IMG/VR virus record: IMGVR_UViG_3300044695_007705
Span: 18,311 to 82,310 of that record
Reading direction: 5' to 3' (one strand)
From: a virus
DNA: 64,000 bases
A program made the translations under genes and the position numbers. Below, in pieces: positions 57,180 to 64,000 of this stretch (its first letter is position 1; the number at the start of each line of letters is the position of its first letter). The notes under the pieces were generated by a model. The model was given only the letters and a program-made list of their open reading frames with translations. It had not been told where the DNA came from and made no database searches.

Positions 57180-57203
57180 AGGATTAATATAATCTCACTA
57201 AGG

Positions 57204-57229
57204 ACTTTCAACGGTTTTTCGTTGAAAGC
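57204..57229. promoter_or_regulatory. Divergent back-to-back box pair
   Basis: 57204-57212 (-, GTTGAAAGT) and 57221-57229 (+, exact); 24 and 21 nt from starts. Confidence 0.8.
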
Positions 57230-57250
57230 TCGGGAGAAGAGCGTAGAGTC

Positions 57251-60200
57251 TTGACGATTACAGTCAGAGAGAAGGTTGATGCTATTGTTTCCCGTGCCTT
57301 TGACCGGTACGGCTACTTCAGCCCGAACATTAATAGAAATAAGTTCTTTGATATTTGCGTAGAAATTGTTCTTGACGTAAGCGATTTAATTGACTCTGGG
57401 AAAATCCCCAACGCGAAACTTTTAAAAGGTGAGATTGTAAGGTCGTTGTACGCGTTAGACTTTGATAGGGATAAAATTTCCTCCATAATAAGTTATGTTT
57501 TTGATGAAATAGTTAAAGAGACAAGGCTTGTCAGGGAATACAGGACTTATGAAAAACTTGTACTAGAGGCGGTTCAGGACTATAAATCGCTTTTTAGGAC
57601 GGGAATAGTAGAGTATTTGAATGGACTAGAGCAATATCGAGTTTCCGGCCTGATAACAAGGCCGAGGAATAAAAGGTTTTTCCCCGTTCGCGAAAGCTTT
57701 GAGAATTCCCGCCTTAAAGATAAGTTTTCCACCGTTTTCAGCTCCAGATTAAAAGATAAGACGGATGCGATAACTCGTGCGGTATTTGAGATTAATAATA
57801 TTACTTCCGATTCAGACGTTTTAGATTACGAGCTACCCGGCGACATTGATACCGACTTGTTAACAGCTACTTTTTTCGGAGGTGGCAAGAAAATATATCA
57901 AGATGTTGTTGACTTGTTTAATATTGGTAGTGAATTTGGAGGGTATCAGGGATCGTTTTCCGGGGCTGTCGATTACCAGTCCCGGTACTACGGATACGTG
58001 ATGGCTGTCTCGTATGGGAGAAAGACGGAATTTCTGAACGAGGAATTTGGGGACTTTGAAAAAGTCTTCGAACAGCGAACTTTGCAAAATAACGAGATAC
58101 CGGGGCTTAAGTTCTTAGAGCCGATGTTCAGGTTCAAAGATGGTAACAGTACAAATCCTTTGGTAGACAAGTTCAAAGATGGAGTCAAAGATCGATATGT
58201 TGCCGGGGTTATAAACGAAAATGAAGTCGATTTTGTAAAACTTACCCTCGAATCCATTTACATATCTTGTCTTAAGGTCGGCAATTCGATCTACGATAAA
58301 AGTTCTTTGCAAATGGATATATTGTCCAGGGTATTTCCATCTCCCCCCGCTTTGTACAAGTCGGATAAGGGGATTACTGGGGGAATATATACCCTGCTGT
58401 CCGGACACATCAGCCTTTCAACTTTACTCGGCCCGGGAAACATCCCCGACTACCCTGTTACCGACGCGTTTAAACGTATAAAGCAAGAAGTCGATTCTTT
58501 AATCGATAGCTTTAAAACGACCGGATTCAAACCGGAGGGATATGTTCCCTCGCTCGAATTAAATTACCACGAGCCGAGAAAATCTTTGATAAGAGATAGG
58601 ATCAAATCGCTGGGTTTTACAGAAGTGGAAATCGATAAAATAATGTCGGCGAACAACTTCTCCGAGCTGTTAAATTCTCTAGCACCGTTGACCGATTCGA
58701 ACGATGTTATTTCATTTTTCCGGGCATTCGACCTTACTAAGTTAGTGTATGAATTTGGCGGGCAAAATGCCATTGACGAGTATATTAACTTTTTGTACGG
58801 CAAAGATGAGCAGCAATCTTTAATCCGGTTGTTGGGATTTTTAGATGTAAACCGCACACAAAGGTCGATAATCGCTGGGAGTAAATATCCCAAACTTATA
58901 GGGTATTTGATAAGTTTGACTTATGCTGTAGACCCTGAACAGCTCCAGATATTCAACGAGTTTCTTAAAGACAATCAGCTTAGCCTTCTCGAATCTGTAT
59001 CAAAACTTATAGAACAAGGCCAGAGCAATGTAATCCTTCCAAAAGAAAAGGTTTCTTTGCTGTCTGGAATGGTGGCGCAGATGGTTGTAAGCGATAACTC
59101 TGGATATGAGAATCAGAAACCGACATGGAACTCTCTTATTGAGCAATCGGCGGGTAATTCCGGCCCAAGCGTTAGAGGTATGTACAAGGAGAGAGAGGGA
59201 ATTACGCCAACAGAGTTATACGATATTCTTAATAACCCCAGCGCAACCTCTCCCTTAGGCGTTATGCTTAACGGGGTGAGAGGGGGTCGGCTTACATCCA
59301 TTCTCAGGTACTGTAACATCTTCGGACTTTTGTATTCGTTGTCCGATTATCGAAATTCTTATCAGTTGATGAATGAACCGGCTGAAAGGTATGATAAGCT
59401 GCTTGAACTTGTATCGAATTTAGAGGTACTTTCTGATAATCTCGAACTTGGAGCTTTAGTCTTGGAAAATAGAGATAGTTTTCAAGCAGATTTCACTGAA
59501 CCACTAGTAAAAGTACAAGGAAAAGTGTTTGAAGCGGTTGTTGATGTTGTATCGGGTGGAGATGGATCTGAATTCGCTCTTGTTGAGCCACCCGGCACAG
59601 GAAACTCTCGCCTCCCTAACGGTGTAAGAATAAATAACTCTTTGACTCCCGAGGAAGCGTCAGTCTTGGTAGTTGACAGCCTGGGTTCAGGATCGCAACA
59701 ATCAACGTTAAGTGTGGACTCTGGGTCATACATACGTCTCTCGTTATCCAACATACTCGCACAAGGCGTTCTTTTTGAGCAAGGTATGCCTCTTGAGCAA
59801 TCTCCTGGGCAAGATGCAAATGTGCCAGGCAAAGATAAATCTTTACAAGTTCAAGTCTATGAAAAAGGTAATACGATTTTACAAGCAAGAAGCAAATTTA
59901 ATCCTGCAGAGTCTTGTAAAAGATTTGGAGGTACGGACTGCGATCAACTCGGTATTGATAAATGTGAAGGAAGCGGCTATAATAAATCTTTTTATCCTGA
60001 AGTTGGATACGGTACCGAATCTCCTATTCCCGGTATTTTAATAGACAGACCGTTAGGCCAGAGGTTAACTGTTGAAATTGTCCCAGACAACATAGTTAAA
60101 AGCGATACAAATTACTACTACTCTTTACAGGGTATTACTGAGCTTTCTCGATCCACTGTATTCAAAGATAACGAGATGCTCTGCTCGTCCATCAAAGACC

Positions 60201-60322
60201 CGTTTGAATACAGTGCATGCATCTCTATGCTTAAGTGTAAGAGGTTTGACCCCCCGTACCGAGGTAAATATTTCTTTGAGTTCTGCCCGAGATCATTATT
60301 CGGAGGAAGATTGGCGCCATGA
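57251..60322 (+). CDS. Large hypothetical protein (1023 aa), probably virion, with Cys-rich C-terminus
   Basis: Long ORF; TTG start 21 nt after box 57221-57229. Confidence 0.75.
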   Translation: MTITVREKVDAIVSRAFDRYGYFSPNINRNKFFDICVEIVLDVSDLIDSGKIPNAKLLKGEIVRSLYALDFDRDKISSIISYVFDEIVKETRLVREYRTYEKLVLEAVQDYKSLFRTGIVEYLNGLEQYRVSGLITRPRNKRFFPVRESFENSRLKDKFSTVFSSRLKDKTDAITRAVFEINNITSDSDVLDYELPGDIDTDLLTATFFGGGKKIYQDVVDLFNIGSEFGGYQGSFSGAVDYQSRYYGYVMAVSYGRKTEFLNEEFGDFEKVFEQRTLQNNEIPGLKFLEPMFRFKDGNSTNPLVDKFKDGVKDRYVAGVINENEVDFVKLTLESIYISCLKVGNSIYDKSSLQMDILSRVFPSPPALYKSDKGITGGIYTLLSGHISLSTLLGPGNIPDYPVTDAFKRIKQEVDSLIDSFKTTGFKPEGYVPSLELNYHEPRKSLIRDRIKSLGFTEVEIDKIMSANNFSELLNSLAPLTDSNDVISFFRAFDLTKLVYEFGGQNAIDEYINFLYGKDEQQSLIRLLGFLDVNRTQRSIIAGSKYPKLIGYLISLTYAVDPEQLQIFNEFLKDNQLSLLESVSKLIEQGQSNVILPKEKVSLLSGMVAQMVVSDNSGYENQKPTWNSLIEQSAGNSGPSVRGMYKEREGITPTELYDILNNPSATSPLGVMLNGVRGGRLTSILRYCNIFGLLYSLSDYRNSYQLMNEPAERYDKLLELVSNLEVLSDNLELGALVLENRDSFQADFTEPLVKVQGKVFEAVVDVVSGGDGSEFALVEPPGTGNSRLPNGVRINNSLTPEEASVLVVDSLGSGSQQSTLSVDSGSYIRLSLSNILAQGVLFEQGMPLEQSPGQDANVPGKDKSLQVQVYEKGNTILQARSKFNPAESCKRFGGTDCDQLGIDKCEGSGYNKSFYPEVGYGTESPIPGILIDRPLGQRLTVEIVPDNIVKSDTNYYYSLQGITELSRSTVFKDNEMLCSSIKDPFEYSACISMLKCKRFDPPYRGKYFFEFCPRSLFGGRLAP

Positions 60323-61089
60323 TCTTAGGGTATTGTAAACTTGCCGACGGAAATACCAAACTTCTCGAATTCGGTAAAGGTAAAGAATTTAATTATGTCA
60401 AAGGACAAGAAATTGTAAACGCAGAGATTAAGCGTCAGCTTAAGGATTCAATTGAGATAGGTATTGATTTGAAATCGTCAGGTATTGAGAGGTTGAAGAT
60501 TACAAACCAGTCTGTGTTGACATGGGATGATCATTGGATTGATAGGAATAGCGGAAAAATTGTAGATCCGGAAATTCAAGAGCTAGTTTTAAGCCAGAAC
60601 GATCTAATATATGTCAATATTAATACTCCTCGCCCATCACTTAAGATCTTGGATCTTAAGGGGAATAAAGGTTTAAAAGTATTACATTTGCACGAGTGTT
60701 TTAATCTTGAAGCTTTAGATATTTCGGAATGCCAAGCGCTGGAGAATGTGTCTCTAGGGGTGAACAAAAACATTCAAACTTTAAACGCGAAAGATTGCAA
60801 CATGACATCGAGTGCAATGGAGCAGTTACTGAGAGATTTTACTCCTGTAATAACGGCAAGTTCGAATAGCAGGGGTGCAGGAGCGTTTCGTTCGCCACAT
60901 AACACGCTGCTCGATTTGCGTGGTAATGTTATTGATTGGTCGAATAGGCGTATTGCCAGCAAAATAAGAATGCTCGTCACTAATAACTGGGTAGTTAAGT
61001 GGAGTAATAATCCTCCCGCCGAAATAGTACCACCCCAACTGTACGCTCGATTCGTTGAAAGCCGAATAGGGATATCGGAATTCAAATAG
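60319..61089 (+). CDS. Leucine-rich-repeat protein
   Basis: LKILDLKGN, LKVLHLHEC, LEALDISEC, IQTLNAKDC. Confidence 0.8.
   Translation: MILGYCKLADGNTKLLEFGKGKEFNYVKGQEIVNAEIKRQLKDSIEIGIDLKSSGIERLKITNQSVLTWDDHWIDRNSGKIVDPEIQELVLSQNDLIYVNINTPRPSLKILDLKGNKGLKVLHLHECFNLEALDISECQALENVSLGVNKNIQTLNAKDCNMTSSAMEQLLRDFTPVITASSNSRGAGAFRSPHNTLLDLRGNVIDWSNRRIASKIRMLVTNNWVVKWSNNPPAEIVPPQLYARFVESRIGISEFK
61054..61062 (+). promoter_or_regulatory. GTTGAAAGC box (putative late promoter)
   Basis: 26 nt upstream of GTG 61089, within the LRR gene 3' end. Confidence 0.7.
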
Positions 61090-61958
61090 TGGCGGATTTA
61101 CGCACGAGGTTTATCGAGGATTACGCGGGCGGCTTGCTTAATGTTGCAAGGCAAGAACTTTCTAGTACGGGCGAGGTACTAGCGCAGGATGGTTTTCCTG
61201 AGACAGGGAGTCTGTTCGTTGAAGACGGCAGAGGGGTAAAGTCCGGGATCCGGCTTGGTGCAAGCTTGGCAGAGTGTGTCGATCCTGTAACCCAGACGGG
61301 CATCTTGAATGTAAGAAGTGCGGATAGGACGTACGCTAAAATACGCGAACTAAAGATATTTGCAACGGCAATTGCATCGTCCCAAGCCGCCTTAAGCGAG
61401 TCGGTAGCAGAATCTGCTCAGAATCTGGAATCCGCCTTTGAGACGCTGGAAAGTGAGTTTGAAAGGCTGAGTGTTGGTGTTTCGGGAGAAGTTGAAACAG
61501 TCAACACGTCTTTGGGGCTGAGAATCTCAAGTGTCGAGCAAGGTGTTGAAATCCTGACAAACCGGGTTTCGCAACTTGAGCAGGAAGAGGCACCCGAGCC
61601 GGATCAGGACAGAGTTGTAATTCTCGAGCAAAGTACAGGGCCGATAAATGATCAAGACTCGTTCGAACTCGATCTTAACTCGGCCAGGTATTTTGGTCTT
61701 TTATCAATCGAGACGAGTGTCCCAGCTTGGATTACTGTTTATACAGATAGGGCGGCCAGGGCCAGAGATGAGAGGTCCGGGCCAGGTCCTGGTCCCGGTG
61801 TGATTGTCGATGCGGTCACAACCGCTCAAAACTTTCAAGTCGATTATTTACCACTGGTGGTGGGATATTCGGAAAACGGCATTCTCAGGGTTCGGGTGGT
61901 GAATCAGTCGGGTAGCAGGAACAAGGTTAACGTCAAGCTACGGCATATCCGCCTCTAA
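61089..61958 (+). CDS. Coiled-coil fibre-like virion protein
   Basis: Heptad region; C-terminal LLSIETSVPAWITVYTD...PGPGVIVD cyanophage fibre-tip motif; box 26 nt upstream. Confidence 0.7.
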   Translation: MADLRTRFIEDYAGGLLNVARQELSSTGEVLAQDGFPETGSLFVEDGRGVKSGIRLGASLAECVDPVTQTGILNVRSADRTYAKIRELKIFATAIASSQAALSESVAESAQNLESAFETLESEFERLSVGVSGEVETVNTSLGLRISSVEQGVEILTNRVSQLEQEEAPEPDQDRVVILEQSTGPINDQDSFELDLNSARYFGLLSIETSVPAWITVYTDRAARARDERSGPGPGPGVIVDAVTTAQNFQVDYLPLVVGYSENGILRVRVVNQSGSRNKVNVKLRHIRL

Positions 61959-62303
61959 AGTGTCTATTAGCCAGCATATTGTTTCCAGCCCGAGTCTAAT
62001 GACTACGACGGGTTGTGTTTTGGTAAATACGTAAAACAATATTCCTTCTTGCCTTTCTTGTTGCTCAGGGAACAGCGTTCTGAACGTTTTGTCATGAATA
62101 TCCTCACCCCCCAGCATTTCGTACACGCTGTCGGGGTCAAAAACCCACATCACATTCGAGCGGTCTTTAGTGGCAACGTAAAGCGCGAAGGGAGTACGAT
62201 TATCGGCAATATACCTCAACGACTCAAGCACACCTTCCTTGTCGCCAGTCTTGTTCAAAGACTGAGCGAGTATTTTTCTCTCCTCGGGCGTGTTAATTGA
62301 CAC
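61938..62303 (-). CDS. Hypothetical protein (121 aa)
   Basis: ORF coupled to upstream gene. Confidence 0.65.
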   Translation of the reverse strand: MSINTPEERKILAQSLNKTGDKEGVLESLRYIADNRTPFALYVATKDRSNVMWVFDPDSVYEMLGGEDIHDKTFRTLFPEQQERQEGILFYVFTKTQPVVVIRLGLETICWLIDTLEADMP

Positions 62304-62586
62304 GGTAGGAACGAGCCTTTGAATTAAGGCCTAGTCGAGAGTAGATCTGCCTTGTCATGGACAAGGCGAGTTTTCTATCTTTCTCGGTTAGAAAGATCAC
62401 GCCGGACTTAAATGCCGGTTTATCTGAGTCTTTTGCAGGAGGAGCAGCCTCCGGCTCGGATTTGAAATCCGGCACTTTGTTGAGGGGGTGAGACTTCTCT
62501 AAGGGGGGAGTTTCCCGCGCTTGCATTTCTTCTGGCCCACTCTCGCCAGGCTGCGATTTGCGACTTTGAGAACGAGTTTCCGCCAT
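62293..62586 (-). CDS. Hypothetical protein (97 aa) with disordered N-terminus
   Basis: ORF downstream of box 62621-62629. Confidence 0.55.
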   Translation of the reverse strand: MAETRSQSRKSQPGESGPEEMQARETPPLEKSHPLNKVPDFKSEPEAAPPAKDSDKPAFKSGVIFLTEKDRKLALSMTRQIYSRLGLNSKARSYRVN

Positions 62587-62593
62587 TTGACAT
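62420..62593 (-). CDS. Overlapping alternative-frame ORF, 57 aa, ending GGCSSCKRLR
   Basis: Translated by hand; first ATG after the box (27 nt); CxxC motif. Confidence 0.4.
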   Translation of the reverse strand: MSNGGNSFSKSQIAAWREWARRNASAGNSPLREVSPPQQSAGFQIRAGGCSSCKRLR

Positions 62594-62620
62594 TTTAGGG
62601 TGGTGGGCTGGTGCTAATTG

Positions 62621-62629
62621 GCTTTCAAC
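62621..62629 (-). promoter_or_regulatory. GTTGAAAGC box (putative late promoter)
   Basis: 27 and 34 nt upstream of ATGs 62593 and 62586; sits at the edge of the high-GC module. Confidence 0.75.
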
Positions 62630-62726
62630 GCCTCGTAATCTCGGGTCATCGGTTTGCCCCCCCCCCAGAGGAGGATCGGTTGGGGTCGAGAGCTGACCTA
62701 CGGCTGCACCAGGTCAAACACCACCC

Positions 62727-63068
62727 ATGCCCTACCTGATCCGCTTCACCGCCGCCGTTGCACTGGCGTCCGGCCTGCTGGGCTGGCTGCTGAGTGCCAT
62801 GCCCCTGCTGGTGGCGCTGGGCGTCGCGGTCGTCTACGCCTGGGTGGTCATTGAGGTCGAGGGACACTACGGGGGGTTAGAGGGCTATGCGGCGAAAGGC
62901 GCGAACTGCGTTAACAATTATTTTATTATCGGCACTCTGAAAGCCAGCACCCATGTTAAAAAGCCATGCCGTAGTTGCAGTCGCCTCGGTAGACGAACAG
63001 TGGGTAAAAGGAGCAAACGCTTGAAAAGATGTATTAAAGTTTGCCACGCCTGTCTGCGCAGGAATTGA
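62727..63068 (+). CDS. Small two-helix membrane protein (high GC); 3' extension antisense to neighbour is doubtful
   Basis: MPYLIRFTAAVALASGLLGWLLSAMPLLVALGVAVVYAWVVIE with strong GC3 bias up to ~62875. Confidence 0.4.
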   Translation: MPYLIRFTAAVALASGLLGWLLSAMPLLVALGVAVVYAWVVIEVEGHYGGLEGYAAKGANCVNNYFIIGTLKASTHVKKPCRSCSRLGRRTVGKRSKRLKRCIKVCHACLRRN

Positions 63069-63560
63069 TGATGTATTATTACTCTTTGGAGGTACAGAGT
63101 AAATGTTGGCACCCCACGATGTATTATTTGCTGCAGTCGAGGGCTTGAGGTTAAAATACGCTATATCCCACTCGAAACGACTTGCAAGGTACCAATCCGT
63201 AAATCCACCAATACTAAGATCGACACAAAATTTGGCTGCAGGATGATTATTTATACCGGCTGCCACCATGGCAGCAGTGTTTGCGGCACCATCAAATGGG
63301 CTATTCGTGCCGGCGGTGGCGGTGGTTGCTGTCTTCCAACTCAAGGACGTCGTTAGTGGGTAACCTGGCCCAGTAGCCCCACTCTCCCTAGGCGCCACAA
63401 TCAGCGCATGAGTTGGGTTGCCGTTAGCAGTGTGGCTGATCAGGCCGACAAAGTATCCGCCACCAACAGGCAGGCCGATGTTGGCGGGGTTAAGGAAGTC
63501 GAATGCGGAAGGCGGGGTCAAGCTCCCCACAAACGCCACGTCAAACAGGCTGAACGTCAT
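62877..63560 (-). CDS. DUF1566/Lcl C-type-lectin-fold receptor-binding-like protein
   Basis: GGGYFVG, FDGAANT, GGFTDWYL, SSTE...AW...VRAFRR; ATGA coupling at 63557-63560. Confidence 0.75.
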   Translation of the reverse strand: MTFSLFDVAFVGSLTPPSAFDFLNPANIGLPVGGGYFVGLISHTANGNPTHALIVAPRESGATGPGYPLTTSLSWKTATTATAGTNSPFDGAANTAAMVAAGINNHPAAKFCVDLSIGGFTDWYLASRFEWDIAYFNLKPSTAANNTSWGANIYSVPPKSNNTSSIPAQTGVANFNTSFQAFAPFTHCSSTEATATTAWLFNMGAGFQSADNKIIVNAVRAFRRIAL

Positions 63561-64000
63561 GACTGCACCTCCGCCGGCAGCCACTGCAGCGCCGATTCCA
63601 CGGCCTCAGTCTCGGGATCGTCCGGCGCATAGGTGCCATCCACCACCCTCGGCTGATCCCATCGCCACCGCGACCCATCAGGGCCGGTCCACTCATCGCC
63701 TCGCGCCGGATTCGGTGGCCAGTTCCACTGCTGCTGTGGACCGGCCAGGCCCACCACGAACTCAGCGGGAAGGTCGTACTGAGTGGCGAGCATCTGCAGC
63801 CCTGTGACCAGCTCAGGCGCGATCAGGTCAATGCCCCGGCAGGTCTGCCAAGCGCTCAGGAACACACGGGAGTCGCCATCGGCAGCCTTCCCGAGACCCA
63901 CGCCCAGGGCCAGTGCAAGGCGCGGCGAGACGGTCTGCGCAGCGGCCAGGAGCTGATCCACCTCCACCGGCAGGGCGTCAGAGAATTCGATCCAGCGGGG
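63557..64000 (-). CDS. Hypothetical tail-fibre-associated protein, 5'-truncated by window edge (high GC)
   Basis: Frame open to 64000 (PRWIEFSDALPVEVDQ...); C-terminal DDPETEAVES. Confidence 0.65.
   Translation of the reverse strand, partial: PRWIEFSDALPVEVDQLLAAAQTVSPRLALALGVGLGKAADGDSRVFLSAWQTCRGIDLIAPELVTGLQMLATQYDLPAEFVVGLAGPQQQWNWPPNPARGDEWTGPDGSRWRWDQPRVVDGTYAPDDPETEAVESALQWLPAEVQS

Noticed and set aside
95-62629. GTTGAAAG repeats as a CRISPR array
   Set aside because: The copies are only 9 bp, dispersed over kilobases on both strands and tied to start codons; there is no repeat-spacer periodicity and no cas gene
1-64000. Stop-codon reassignment
   Set aside because: Long genes are intact under the standard code, and TAA, TAG and TGA all terminate well-defined proteins

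Overview
This window is 64 kb of a large, gene-dense (~45% GC, standard code) contractile-tailed phage genome, very probably a cyanophage. The host inference rests on a Mo-nitro_C domain gene, a cyanobacterial SigF-like sigma factor and T4-like-cyanophage-type fibre proteins. Nucleotide-metabolism genes include dUTPase, a class Ia RNR whose nrdB and nrdA are separated by two HNH endonuclease genes, thioredoxin, a P-loop kinase and PhoH. Morphogenesis genes include TerL, a DUF935/Mu-gp29-type portal, a tail tube, baseplate J/I/spike/hub-lysin and a block of very large fibre/virion proteins, dispersed on both strands. I recognised no major capsid, sheath, tRNA, rRNA or CRISPR array. The main unexplained signal is a 9-bp box, GTTGAAAGC. 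I found 16 exact copies and 6 near variants by eye, always in the sense orientation; 21 of the 22 lie 18-35 nt upstream of a start codon, mostly of virion genes. Four pairs sit back-to-back at divergent gene junctions. A phage sigma factor with a degenerate region 4 is also present, and the DNA-metabolism genes instead have host-type extended -10 promoters. Together these suggest a two-tier transcription programme with a single-box late promoter. Other highlights are a glutaredoxin domain inserted in the NrdA tail, a circularly permuted M23 peptidase inside the baseplate hub-lysin, a structured sRNA/attenuator before phoH, a dUTPase with a large insertion, a candidate overprinted gene and sharp high-GC patches. 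All functional calls come from motif recognition only; no database searches were run.
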